DNA of 64,000 nt from Candidatus Cloacimonadales bacterium (GCA_963662655.2 CAXXTU010000001.1:1-64000); one strand, 5' to 3'. Counted from the first letter of the stretch, positions 28,760 to 39,007 are shown. Translations and numbers: made by a program. The notes: generated by a model not told the origin, from the letters alone.

Positions 28760-31700
28760 CTCATTTCGATTTCATCTACTGCGGCTCACTCCAGGATGCG
28801 GACGACTCCCGCATCGAATACCTGAAAAAATTCTCGCGAGCATCGATCACCTGGCGCGGCGAACACTCCCATGCGTTTTACTTGGACGTGCGTGATCAAA
28901 ACCTGCTACCGGTAGGGATATCCGCCTTCCTTTTCGGCGATTACTCCAACTCGCTCTGGCAGGAGCATTTGGCGGACGCGCGGGTAACCGCCATTTTCGG
29001 AAAGGAACTGGAACCTTTTACCATCGCAATGCGGAACGGCCTGGAAGTGATGATCCCACAGCAGCATCCAGCCTATGAAATCCTCAGCAAATGCACCAAA
29101 GTACACGCCTTCGGAAGCGTCGCGGACTTCTACACCAAAGCCGAGTCGCTGCTCGAACAATCAGAGAAGAGATATCAAGCCTGCCCGATTTGGGAAGGAA
29201 TCGTAAGCGATCCCGCAAGCTGGGATAAACTGTTGCAGGCTTTCGGATACGAGCCCAAAAGCGAACATGCCTGGAGCAATGTGAAGAATGCGATCGAAGA
29301 CAGACACGTTATCGATCAGGAAATCTATCAGTCGATCATCCGCGAGAAGGGATGGCAATACAAGGAAGAGACCTACCTCAACGAATTCGAGTGGTTCAAA
29401 CAACGGGAATGCGAAGCGCCGCAGATCAGCATCGTCATCATATCCTTCGAGTACAATCCTGACGTGCTGGTCAATCTCGAAAAACTCTCCCGGCAACCCG
29501 GTCACCAGTTGATCTTCGTGAACAACGGCGGAACGGAAGAGGAATTCGCACCTATAGCGGACATACCGGACGTTTATCTGAAGCTCAAGGAGAACAAGGG
29601 CGCTTACCTCGCGCGGAACGCAGGTGCGGTATTCGCCAAGGCTCCCGTGATCCTGTTTCTGGACGACGACGCGCTTCCCGAGGACAATCTGGTAGCAACG
29701 CACATCGACCACTTCAATCGTTACGACATCGTCTCGCTTCGGGGCGTGTGTCTCCCCCGCACCGACAACCCGTACAACGGATTACCGCGTCACTACTATC
29801 TGGGCGACGAGCCGTTCCCGCGATTTGCCAATATCGAGGGAAACACATCCTATCTTTCCGGGGTGTTCTTCAAGGCGGACGGGTGGTCGGACGATATCCG
29901 GTTCGGCGGCGGCGGTCTCGACCTCGCGCTGAAGATTCTGAAGATCGATCCCGACCTCCGCAAGCACATGTACTCCCCGGAGCCGGTCATTTATCACGAC
30001 TACGTTCACGACGCCGAGCACCTGGAGAAGAAATCGGCCAAGCAGCAGAAGTCGCGCAGAAGGCTCTTCCGGAAATACCCCGATCACCTGGAGAAGGTAA
30101 ACCAGTGGAACCAGATGCGCCATAAAACGGAGCTCCTCTATCTCAAGATGAGTTTTACGCACGAGACGGGCGTCACGACAATCGCACGGAAAAATCCGAG
30201 GCTGTACAGGCTGTTGCAGGTTCGCACGTGGGAGTACAAGTTCGGCTACTACGATTTCTACTGGTCGCACGAGGAGAGCTTCAATCCTCCTGCGGAGACA
30301 TCCATCTCCGTTGTTCTCGTCACGGAAAAACCCGACGAACTCATGATCTCCAACATCGAGAAGCTCCGCATGCAGGATAGCCACCTTAGCATCGTCGTGG
30401 TCAACAACGGCGGGAATCCGGCAAATTTCGCCAACATCGGCTGCCACCACGTCGTGCACCTTTCGCGCAGGGCCAATCAGAACACCGCACGGAACATCGG
30501 CTCACTGATGGTGAAATCGCCCGTTATCCTTTTCCTCGGGAACCACTGCATCCCCAGCGACAACCTGATCCAACAGCAATTAGAGATTTATGTGAAATAT
30601 CAAGTTGCTTGCATAGAAGGTGAAATTCTTCATTTGGGTGAAAAACCCGCTGAAGATCAGCGAACCTACAGCTTATTCCCCATTGAGGAAGATCATATTT
30701 CCTTTTCATGTGGGATTTTTAATATGGCAAAAGGGTTCTCAGACCATATTGCTGAGCAGGGTATTCATGATTTGAACTTGCGCATGCAAAACATTCTGTC
30801 CGATCTATCTCAGACTCGGCACGCACCAGGCTGCTACGTATTCTCAAATCAAAGGCGTGCAATCAAGCAAGTGGATATCATCCGAAATCCAATACCCTAT
30901 TTAAATGAAAGACCCTCACTGCTACAGATGTATCAGAACTGGCTCAATCTAGGAGATAAAAGCTTCCTTGTCATTACTCATGAAACGGCAAGAAACATGA
31001 ACAAGATTATGGATCGATCAAGCAAACTTATCTCCGAAGAGAAGTATGAAGAAGCGATCTCGGGCTTCGAGCAATATGAGAAAATCAATCCTCTTAACTA
31101 CCAGTGCTCCAGTTTTCTTAGTTATTCTTTCATGAAGGCGGGAAATCTTGAGAAGGCACTTGCAACAATCCTTCCAGCGGTTGAGATGCTCCCCCTCAGC
31201 GTAAACATCGCCTACAATCATGTCGGCATTTTAATACAAATGAAAAGAGTCGATGAAGCCTTCAAGGTGTGTATTCATTTTCTAAGTCAAATCAATCACG
31301 TACACATCCAGAAAATTCTGATCGATATCGAAAAATACCTCGGGAAAGCCGAAGACGATTCCGGGGAAACGTCAGTTGTGGAATCCACCATGCCAGAACA
31401 GGAACGCCAGCTTCTGCGGCGTATGCGAGAGAGCAGGAACGATCCCATGCTGCTCCGCGAAGTCTACCACTATCTGAGAAACGTGGATGAATCGGAAGCG
31501 CTCGCTATATGGTACATGAATACCGTCATGGCCAAAGCAACCGTTCAACCGCCCTCTTCAACGCCGACCCCAAAGGTCACGGTGATCGTCCCGTGCCACA
31601 ATTACGGCGAGTACCTCCGGGAATGCGTCCACTCGGTAATCTGCCAGACATACACCGATTGGGAGATGATCATCGTGAACGACGGCAGCACCGACAACAC

Positions 31701-34700
31701 CGCTGAAGTCGCCGGGGAACTACTGCGCGAATTCGAAGGATACCGCATCCGTTATCACAAGCAAGAATGCCACGGAATCGTGCAGCCCCGAAACTGGGGC
31801 GCCGGTAACGCTCGGGGCGAATATATTTTACCTCTGGACGCGGACGACCTCCTCGCGCCGAAATTCCTCGAAATGACCGTGCCGATCCTCGACCACAAGC
31901 CTGACGTAGCTTACGTCAGCACCAAAGCGCTTTTCTTCGGGATCAGCAACAAGATATGGCCGCAGGCTCAGTTCAAATCCCTGAATTTGCCCGTCACCAA
32001 CCAGCAAACGAATACCACGCTCTTCCGCAAGATCATGTGGGATGACCTCGGCGGTTGGGACGAGCGCATGAACGACGGCTATGTCGATTGGGAATTCTGG
32101 ATCCGTGGCACGAAGCGTGGCTGGCTTGGCGAGCAGCTCGATGCCTGCCTGTTCTTCTATCGCCGCAAAGGCGATTCCACCGTTATGGCCGCGAAAAACA
32201 AGGGGCCTCGCCTGAAGCTGAAGATCATGGCGTTACACCCGGATATCTACCAGGCCAACGGCGTATCCGAAGACGATCCCCGGCTGGCGCGAAAAAACTT
32301 TATCGATCCGCAGTTTATCCGGCAGGATTTCCGGCTTCCCGAGCGGAAAGCCGCACCAACGCAGGCCAGAAATCCATTCGTGCTTCGCATCGAGCCGCAG
32401 AAATCCCAGGAAGCGCCGCGCATCTTGTTCATTTGCCACGACTTCCCGCCCTACCGCATGGCCGGAGCGCAGCTATACGCGCTCAACCTGGCAAAAAAGC
32501 TCAACCAGACCGGCAAGGCACGAGTCGATGTGCTGTATGCCGTCTGGCGCAATCCCGCCCATCTCGACTACACGATCCGGGAAAGCTCATTCGAAGGACT
32601 CCGCGTGTATGAACTCGGGAAACCCCCGGTTCTGGAACCGATGAAAGTCTTCGACGAGAAGACCGTTCCGGCGGTGAGGAATCTCCTGAAGAAAAATCGC
32701 TATCAAGCCGTACACATTCACGGCCTCGGGCAGATCACCCTTGCCCCCGCCCTGCTCGCGAAGGAAATGGGACTTCCGCTTTACGCCACGCTGCACGATT
32801 ATTGGCTTCTCTGCGATCATTGGCACATGATACGAACCGATCAAAGCCAGTGCTCGGGCCCGACCTCGGCGGATAAATGCGCGAAATGCTATATTCATGA
32901 TTACATGGATGAGACCTCACCCGAGATCGAGCAGCAGGCAGTGCAGTATCAGGAGTATCGCCGCGGTATGATGCGGAAGCTGTTTTCATCTTACGATCGC
33001 ATGTTCGCCCCCAGTCGATACCTGGCATCGCGCTTCGCGGAGTTCGGATTCAAGGGCATCGAAGTAGCGCCCCTGGGCTTCGAGTATGGCGAAGTCCAGA
33101 CGAGAAGACCGGGCGACGGACTCTTCCATTTCGGCTACACAGGCCAGATGATCCCACGCAAAGGCGTCAACTTCATGATCGAAGCATTCATGCAGCTCCC
33201 GCATGAGAACGCACGCCTGGACCTGTATGGCCCCATCGAGGACATCCATGCACAGGCATTGCAACAGCAAGCTTCACGAGATCGCCGCATACGCTTCCAC
33301 GGACGTTACGAGCCCGAACAGCTCGACGCCATCATGCGCACGTTCGACATGGCGGTGGTTCCGTCTTTGATGGAAAACTATCCACTGGTCGTCCAGGAGG
33401 CATTCCTGCGAAGGACGCCCGTTATCGCCACTTCGGTAGGCGGAATTCCCGAGGTTGTCATAGACAACGAGAACGGCTATCTGGTGCAATCGGAATCGGT
33501 TGAATCAATTTTGCAAGCGATGAAGAAGGTACTTTCGGATCCATCCTGTGTGGACCGCTTCGCTGCGAACATCCAGCCTGTCCGGAGACTCGGCGAGGAT
33601 GCCGAATTCTATTCAGACGTCTATGCAAAGAAGAAACCTCGCGCTATGTTCTATTTCTTCAAGAATGTGCATGTCCCGATTCTCATGCAGCTCTACCGGC
33701 AGTTTATTAAAACTGCGCCGCATTGGGAGGTCGGCTTCTCGTTTTTGCCCTCAGCTCCCCAGATTCGTGCGGGCTTTACTGTCGCACAGATTCAATCGCT
33801 CGAGTTACCGGAAGTTACGATCACACGCACGCCACAGGAATTCAAGCCGGACATCACGTTCATCGCCGATTCCGCCTATCCCTGGGTGAAGAACTGCGGA
33901 AAGCTCGTCCACATTGGACACGGCGTTCTCTCCAAAGGCCAGTATTATACCAACACACCCATCGTTCGTCGTGACGACGCAGCGGCGCTGGTTTGCGTTC
34001 CGGGAAGCATTCACAGAGCGAACCTCCGGGGCGTATTGCAAACTCGCGTCGAAGTGACCGGCATGGCGAAACTGGATCCCCTTTTCGGCGGTGAGATTTC
34101 CCGCGACTCGGCAGCGAACTCACTTGGCGTATCGCCGCATCGTAAATACATCCTCTTCGCCCCTACTTTCAACGATGAGCTCTCGGCAATACCATTCGTC
34201 GGCATTCGCATACAGCAGGTGTTGCCATCCGATGATTACACGCTCCTCATCAAGCTTCACGGCAGCGCGAAAAAAGAATATGTTATAATGTACCAGCAGC
34301 TTGCGGAACGAAACACCGACGTCGTCCTCATCGATGACCTGATAGCAGGCATGGCCCTGGCGGATGTGATGATCTCCGATGTCTCTTCCGCCATGATGGA
34401 GTTTGCCGCGCTGGATAAACCGGTTGTCCTCTTCGACAACCCGCATTGGGCGCAATACAAAAACTACAATCCCTCCGACATCGATTTCCGCTGGCGGGAT
34501 ATCGGAATCCGTGTAAAGGATGTCAACGAGATGCGGATGGCTGTCATACGATCCCTGCAAGACCCGCAGGAGTTATCTCAGAAGCGTAAGCACTATACAG
34601 ATCAGCTTTTTGCCAATAAATACGACGGCAAGGCTTCCGAAAGAATCGTCGCCGCCGCCCTCTCGCTGGTGGAGAAGGCCCTTGAGAAACCTAAGCCAAC

Positions 34701-35211
34701 CAAGCCTGTCAGTCCGAAGCGGGAAACCAATGCCCAAAGCGACACGGGCGTCCGGTTCACCTACGTTGGAGATTTCTCGAAGGACAGCGGTGTGGATGTG
34801 ATGCTCGAAGCATTCCGCGAGCTCCCGCAGGAAGGGTGGACGCTCACACTGCACGGAGACCAGCAAACGGCCTGGGATCAAGCTGAATTCTCGGAAATCA
34901 TACGGCAAATTCCCCGCGTACAGATGATGGAGGAAGTGGACCGGAAGCGGCTCAATGACGGCTCGGTAATGATCATTCCATCCCGGGCAGGCAATCACAA
35001 CCATGTGATCAGGGAAGCGCTGCGAAAAGGCGTTCCCGTTATCGCCTCCGAAGGCGAGGGTGTTCGAGATGTCCTCCAGGACCGCGTTGAAGGCTTCATC
35101 GTCCCCTCGGGCGATTCAATTGCGCTGCGGCGTGTCCTGAACATCCTTGTAAACACACCCGAGCTTCTGAAGTTGATGGAGAGAAGCGTCCGCCAGAACC
35201 ATGCCGGATGA
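28756..35211 (+). CDS. Giant multi-domain glycosyltransferase (GT2 x3, TPR, GT4, CDP-glycerol glycerophosphotransferase-like, partial GT4)
   Basis: ARNAGA...FLDDD; second degenerate GT2; TPR helices; VIVPCHNYG...VNDGSTD...LDADD; GT4 ENYPLVVQEA; FAPTF...KLH...ISDVSS..EFAALDKPV. Confidence 0.85.
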   Translation: MTHFDFIYCGSLQDADDSRIEYLKKFSRASITWRGEHSHAFYLDVRDQNLLPVGISAFLFGDYSNSLWQEHLADARVTAIFGKELEPFTIAMRNGLEVMIPQQHPAYEILSKCTKVHAFGSVADFYTKAESLLEQSEKRYQACPIWEGIVSDPASWDKLLQAFGYEPKSEHAWSNVKNAIEDRHVIDQEIYQSIIREKGWQYKEETYLNEFEWFKQRECEAPQISIVIISFEYNPDVLVNLEKLSRQPGHQLIFVNNGGTEEEFAPIADIPDVYLKLKENKGAYLARNAGAVFAKAPVILFLDDDALPEDNLVATHIDHFNRYDIVSLRGVCLPRTDNPYNGLPRHYYLGDEPFPRFANIEGNTSYLSGVFFKADGWSDDIRFGGGGLDLALKILKIDPDLRKHMYSPEPVIYHDYVHDAEHLEKKSAKQQKSRRRLFRKYPDHLEKVNQWNQMRHKTELLYLKMSFTHETGVTTIARKNPRLYRLLQVRTWEYKFGYYDFYWSHEESFNPPAETSISVVLVTEKPDELMISNIEKLRMQDSHLSIVVVNNGGNPANFANIGCHHVVHLSRRANQNTARNIGSLMVKSPVILFLGNHCIPSDNLIQQQLEIYVKYQVACIEGEILHLGEKPAEDQRTYSLFPIEEDHISFSCGIFNMAKGFSDHIAEQGIHDLNLRMQNILSDLSQTRHAPGCYVFSNQRRAIKQVDIIRNPIPYLNERPSLLQMYQNWLNLGDKSFLVITHETARNMNKIMDRSSKLISEEKYEEAISGFEQYEKINPLNYQCSSFLSYSFMKAGNLEKALATILPAVEMLPLSVNIAYNHVGILIQMKRVDEAFKVCIHFLSQINHVHIQKILIDIEKYLGKAEDDSGETSVVESTMPEQERQLLRRMRESRNDPMLLREVYHYLRNVDESEALAIWYMNTVMAKATVQPPSSTPTPKVTVIVPCHNYGEYLRECVHSVICQTYTDWEMIIVNDGSTDNTAEVAGELLREFEGYRIRYHKQECHGIVQPRNWGAGNARGEYILPLDADDLLAPKFLEMTVPILDHKPDVAYVSTKALFFGISNKIWPQAQFKSLNLPVTNQQTNTTLFRKIMWDDLGGWDERMNDGYVDWEFWIRGTKRGWLGEQLDACLFFYRRKGDSTVMAAKNKGPRLKLKIMALHPDIYQANGVSEDDPRLARKNFIDPQFIRQDFRLPERKAAPTQARNPFVLRIEPQKSQEAPRILFICHDFPPYRMAGAQLYALNLAKKLNQTGKARVDVLYAVWRNPAHLDYTIRESSFEGLRVYELGKPPVLEPMKVFDEKTVPAVRNLLKKNRYQAVHIHGLGQITLAPALLAKEMGLPLYATLHDYWLLCDHWHMIRTDQSQCSGPTSADKCAKCYIHDYMDETSPEIEQQAVQYQEYRRGMMRKLFSSYDRMFAPSRYLASRFAEFGFKGIEVAPLGFEYGEVQTRRPGDGLFHFGYTGQMIPRKGVNFMIEAFMQLPHENARLDLYGPIEDIHAQALQQQASRDRRIRFHGRYEPEQLDAIMRTFDMAVVPSLMENYPLVVQEAFLRRTPVIATSVGGIPEVVIDNENGYLVQSESVESILQAMKKVLSDPSCVDRFAANIQPVRRLGEDAEFYSDVYAKKKPRAMFYFFKNVHVPILMQLYRQFIKTAPHWEVGFSFLPSAPQIRAGFTVAQIQSLELPEVTITRTPQEFKPDITFIADSAYPWVKNCGKLVHIGHGVLSKGQYYTNTPIVRRDDAAALVCVPGSIHRANLRGVLQTRVEVTGMAKLDPLFGGEISRDSAANSLGVSPHRKYILFAPTFNDELSAIPFVGIRIQQVLPSDDYTLLIKLHGSAKKEYVIMYQQLAERNTDVVLIDDLIAGMALADVMISDVSSAMMEFAALDKPVVLFDNPHWAQYKNYNPSDIDFRWRDIGIRVKDVNEMRMAVIRSLQDPQELSQKRKHYTDQLFANKYDGKASERIVAAALSLVEKALEKPKPTKPVSPKRETNAQSDTGVRFTYVGDFSKDSGVDVMLEAFRELPQEGWTLTLHGDQQTAWDQAEFSEIIRQIPRVQMMEEVDRKRLNDGSVMIIPSRAGNHNHVIREALRKGVPVIASEGEGVRDVLQDRVEGFIVPSGDSIALRRVLNILVNTPELLKLMERSVRQNHAG

Positions 35212-35300
35212 TAGTAAATGTTATTCGCGATGAGCATATAAGTCTCTGTTGATTCTCTGGTGAGTAATAACCTATTCCAGCACCTCGTGCTTTCTGCACC

Positions 35301-35423
35301 ATTTCGTTTTTGCTTCGCAAAAGCCGAAATGCAATAGGAAATTTACTATCCACTTTCGCTATTTCGCTTCGCGAAAGGCTTTCGTTCGATGATTTCGTTT
35401 TTGCTTCGCAAAAGCCGAAATGC
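35301..35423. repeat. TTC/GAA-loop hairpin repeat element with two identical 32-bp units
   Basis: ATTTCGTTTTTGCTTCGCAAAAGCCGAAATGC at 35301-35332 and 35392-35423; homologous inverted copy at 61204-61276. Confidence 0.9.
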
Positions 35424-35427
35424 GGAA

Positions 35428-35461
35428 CACGCCCCCTCGGGATTGAAGGGGCGTGCTTTTT
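35428..35461 (+). terminator. Intrinsic terminator
   Basis: CACGCCCC...GGGGCGTG followed by CTTTTT, between convergent genes. Confidence 0.7.
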
Positions 35462-35481
35462 ATGTGGTGCAGTTGCCGGGC

Positions 35482-35706
35482 TTATTCTGGGGAGGCTTCC
35501 GGCTTCACGATCGTTAGCTCATACTTCCGATGAAGCTGTTTCACCTTTTCGAGCGTATTCGTGAAGGTCGCATGATCGTAATAGTAGATGATATTCTTGA
35601 TTCTGGATTCATCCGTCGTTACCGTGAAGCCTATCGAACCTTTGTTCATGTCCGAGCGGGACTGAGTGATTTGGATGAGTCCAATATCGATAATATTTTC
35701 TACCAT
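35482..35706 (-). CDS. Hypothetical 74-aa protein under a sigma54 promoter
   Basis: GGAGG SD before MVENIIDIG; directly behind the -24/-12 motif. Confidence 0.6.
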   Translation of the reverse strand: MVENIIDIGLIQITQSRSDMNKGSIGFTVTTDESRIKNIIYYYDHATFTNTLEKVKQLHRKYELTIVKPEASPE

Positions 35707-35731
35707 TTCCAGAACCTCCACTCTTCTATAT

Positions 35732-35747
35732 TGCATAAGCCATGCCA
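35732..35747 (-). promoter_or_regulatory. Sigma54 (-24/-12) promoter
   Basis: Minus strand TGGCATGGCTTATGCA (GG-N10-GC). Confidence 0.7.
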
Positions 35748-35828
35748 TTCAGGATCACGAGGGGATTAATGAGTGCAAAGTGTTTAGATACAGGAGTTTA
35801 GACCGTCCATACCGAGGAGAAACGGAGA

Positions 35829-35860
35829 TCACGAAAACGTGACGAATCACGATACCGTGA
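35829..35860. promoter_or_regulatory. Tandem palindromic upstream activating sequences
   Basis: TCACG-AAAA-CGTGA (35829-35842) and TCACG-ATAC-CGTGA (35847-35860), about 80-115 bp upstream of the sigma54 motif. Confidence 0.65.
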
Positions 35861-35901
35861 CGATGAAAATGGCGGAAACGTGATGGTTGGGCCAGGGGGG
35901 G

Positions 35902-38163
35902 CTACTTCAAATCGTACTTTTTCATTTTGCGAAAGATGGCATTCTGCGAGATACCAAGCAGCTCTGCCGCTTTTTTCTGATTCCATTTCGACCGATCGAG
36001 AGCGGTTTTCACCAGTTCCCGCTCGTTCTCATCCAGATTGAGGTTTTGACGCACCTCGATCGATGCGAGATTGTTTTTCACCTCTTTGACGGGGAGGATC
36101 TTACGGGCAATCGATTCATTCAATATCCGATCGTCGGCGAGAATAATCGCACGTTCGATCAGGTTTCGCAGTTCCCTCACGTTGCCCGGGAAACTGTAAG
36201 AACGGAATTTCTCGATGAATCCCTCCGTTATGTTGGAGGGTTCTCGGTTCAGCTTCTTTCCGATCAGATCAATGTAATGCCACATGAGAACGATGATATC
36301 CTCGGGCCGCTCCCGCAATGGTGGGATATAGATTTCGATGGTATTGAGCCGGTGGAGCAGGTCATACCTGAATTGATCGTCCTCCACGACTTGATGGATG
36401 TCCCTGTTGGTGGAGGCGATCACACGGAAATCGACATCGATGGGCGTGCTGTCCCCGACACGGATAATCTTCTTCTCTTCGATGGCGCGCAGGAGTTTGG
36501 CCTGGAAATCGAGAGGCATTTCGGTGATTTCATCCAGAAACAGCGTACCCCTGTTCGCTTGCTGAATAAATCCACGCTTGTCGCAGTCGGCGCTCGTGAA
36601 GGCACCTTTCACATGCCCAAAAAACTCGCTTTCAAAAAGGTTTTCGCTGATCGCGCTGCTGTTGATCGCGCAGAAATAGGCATCCTTGCGAACGCTCGCG
36701 TGATGGATAATCCGCGAGATAATCTCCTTGCCAACACCGCTCTCCCCGTAGATGATCACGTTGACGTCCGGATGCATCGCCGCCCTCATCGCCATGTCGT
36801 GCACGTCTCGTATCTGCTGGCTCTTGCCAATCAACTGATGCCCCACCTGCTGCTGAAGATCGGCGTTGAGAAGCTCGCACCGCTCTTGTAGATTCTCGTA
36901 CTGGGTATTCAGAATGTCGTAACGCTTCTTGATGTTCGAGATATCTTCATGGGAGGTGAAGTCATACACCCTTTCGTAATACCGAACGCACTCCAGCAGA
37001 TAGCCGTAAGCGTCCTCGAAATCGCCCCTTTCGGCAGAATTGTAGGAGAGATTCCGGTAGGCCTCTCCGAGGTGCGTTTTCAGGTTGTGTTCCTTGAGGA
37101 TGTCGATCCCGCGCTTGATATACTCTTCCGCGGTCGAGTAGTTACCGCTAATGCGCTCGCACGAGCCAATATTGATGTTCAACAAGGCGTACAATTGAGG
37201 ATTTTCCTCTTTGTGTATCGATTCGAGAGCCTTCATGTAATACTTCATCGCCTTCTTCACCTGATTCAGGCCGAAATAGATATTGGCGATGTTGTTGTAA
37301 AGCGTGCCCCGCTGCCAGAACATGTTCAATTCGGTGTAGAGCTTCAGCGCTTTGAAGTAGGATTTCAGGGCGTTCGCCAGATCGTTCGTCTTATGGTATA
37401 CGACGCCGAGATTGATGAACAGCACCGCGAGCATCTGCTTGTCGCCCAGTTTCTCGAGCTCGTCCTGTCCTTTCGAGTAGTACTCGAAAGCCTTGTCGTA
37501 TTCCTGAAGATTGCGATAGCAGTTGCCGATATTGAGGATGATCCGGCCCTTGACTTTCTCGACCTTGTACTCGATGCTCATACGCCAGGCAAGCATGTAA
37601 TACTCGAGCGCTCGCTTGTATAATTCCTGCTTCACCAAGCCGGTAGCCATTTTATTGTATGTTTGAATCAAAACTTCATGGTTGCCCAACTTACGATTGA
37701 GGACGATCGACCGTTCATAGTAAGCTTGCGCTTTTTTTAAATCCCCGAGCTCCATGTATGCAAAGCCGATGTTCTGGTACCTGCTCGGATTCAAGCTTTC
37801 GTCTCCCATCCGGGCAACGATCTCGTCGATCTTCAGGCAATGGTTCAACATCGAACGGATGTCGTTGTTCATCCAGTAGGAGTTGGCGATTTCATTGTGA
37901 CTCATAGCGAGCAAATCAAGCAGGTGATGAACCTCGAGAAGCGGCATGACTTTCTCCAGGATGTTCATCCCTTCAGCCATTTGCCTAAGCTTGAGCTTGC
38001 CAATGCCCTTGAGAGTCTGAAGTTCGAGATATGCATTCGATCGGGGATTGGCTGGCATCTCCTTGAGATGTTTCTCAACAAGCTGTAGCGTTTCCTCCGG
38101 CTTCGTATGGATATCCTTCCGCGCCGCCGTCAAGAATGAAACGATTGAATGGTCCTCCATCAA
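35902..38163 (-). CDS. TPR-repeat sigma54-dependent enhancer-binding activator (Fis-HTH)
   Basis: Multiple TPRs (NIG..Y..L.....A..YY); GESGVGKE, GAFTSA variant loop, FLDEI, FPGNVREL, NQKKAAELLGIS. Confidence 0.9.
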   Translation of the reverse strand: MMEDHSIVSFLTAARKDIHTKPEETLQLVEKHLKEMPANPRSNAYLELQTLKGIGKLKLRQMAEGMNILEKVMPLLEVHHLLDLLAMSHNEIANSYWMNNDIRSMLNHCLKIDEIVARMGDESLNPSRYQNIGFAYMELGDLKKAQAYYERSIVLNRKLGNHEVLIQTYNKMATGLVKQELYKRALEYYMLAWRMSIEYKVEKVKGRIILNIGNCYRNLQEYDKAFEYYSKGQDELEKLGDKQMLAVLFINLGVVYHKTNDLANALKSYFKALKLYTELNMFWQRGTLYNNIANIYFGLNQVKKAMKYYMKALESIHKEENPQLYALLNINIGSCERISGNYSTAEEYIKRGIDILKEHNLKTHLGEAYRNLSYNSAERGDFEDAYGYLLECVRYYERVYDFTSHEDISNIKKRYDILNTQYENLQERCELLNADLQQQVGHQLIGKSQQIRDVHDMAMRAAMHPDVNVIIYGESGVGKEIISRIIHHASVRKDAYFCAINSSAISENLFESEFFGHVKGAFTSADCDKRGFIQQANRGTLFLDEITEMPLDFQAKLLRAIEEKKIIRVGDSTPIDVDFRVIASTNRDIHQVVEDDQFRYDLLHRLNTIEIYIPPLRERPEDIIVLMWHYIDLIGKKLNREPSNITEGFIEKFRSYSFPGNVRELRNLIERAIILADDRILNESIARKILPVKEVKNNLASIEVRQNLNLDENERELVKTALDRSKWNQKKAAELLGISQNAIFRKMKKYDLK

Positions 38164-38224
38164 TACCCCGATCTATCCAAGTTTTTGCATTTGAATTTTA
38201 CCAGCATGATTCGTACAATTGACT

Positions 38225-39007
38225 TCACTGAATTAATGATATCGAATGAGTCAATGAAAAAAGCAAAACCAACGAAAATAATAAAATTCCGACAACCTGC
38301 ACCAGATAGTCCCACATCGTCAGGCGTTCGAGCATGAAATCCGTTCGCATCTTCCGATAGCGAAATCCCCGCATCTCCAGCGATATTGACCGATACTTCA
38401 CATCGTTCAAAACACCTGCCACGATTGGCACGACAAGGCAAGAAATCGCCTTTCCTCGTTTGAGAACCGGGATGTCGCCCAGCCTGATCCCACGTACCTG
38501 TAGCGCTTCCCTTATCACCGTGATCTGTCGGCGAAACATCGGGATGAAATGGATCGTGGAGGCGATCAAGAAGGAAATCTCGTACGGGATTTTCCATGCG
38601 CGGAAGGCCCTGAGATAATCCGTGAACGGATAATCGAACAGCAAACCCGCAACGAGAACGATCAGAAACAGTCGCATCGAAGTTACCGCCGCATAGGTGA
38701 GCCCCGTTTCGGTTATCAGCAGCAGATGCCATTGAAACAACGGCTCACCTCCCCGGCGTAACAGCACTTGCGCTATGAAGATCGCTACGATCACCCGGAA
38801 TATCCGTTTGATTCGATGCAGGATCCTGACAATCGATTGCCTACTTCGATTTTTTACTATCAGAATCAGACAGGTAAAAGCGATTGCTGCCGCCTGAATC
38901 GTAATGGATTGTGATGCGATAGCAAGCGAAGAGATCAGCATAACCAGAACCAGCATCGTTCTGAGGCTCAATTGATTAGGCCTTTTTATCTGTTGGAATT
39001 CCTGCAT
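38225..39007 (-). CDS. ecfT: ECF transporter transmembrane T component (EcfT/CbiQ)
   Basis: TM helices; FIP.F......REALQVRG and SLEMRGF motifs. Confidence 0.8.
   Translation of the reverse strand: MQEFQQIKRPNQLSLRTMLVLVMLISSLAIASQSITIQAAAIAFTCLILIVKNRSRQSIVRILHRIKRIFRVIVAIFIAQVLLRRGGEPLFQWHLLLITETGLTYAAVTSMRLFLIVLVAGLLFDYPFTDYLRAFRAWKIPYEISFLIASTIHFIPMFRRQITVIREALQVRGIRLGDIPVLKRGKAISCLVVPIVAGVLNDVKYRSISLEMRGFRYRKMRTDFMLERLTMWDYLVQVVGILLFSLVLLFSLTHSISLIQ

Noticed and set aside
35301..35423. Two identical 32-bp palindromic repeats as a mini-CRISPR
   Set aside because: The 59-bp interval is itself part of the repeat family (homologous to 61204-61276); no cas genes
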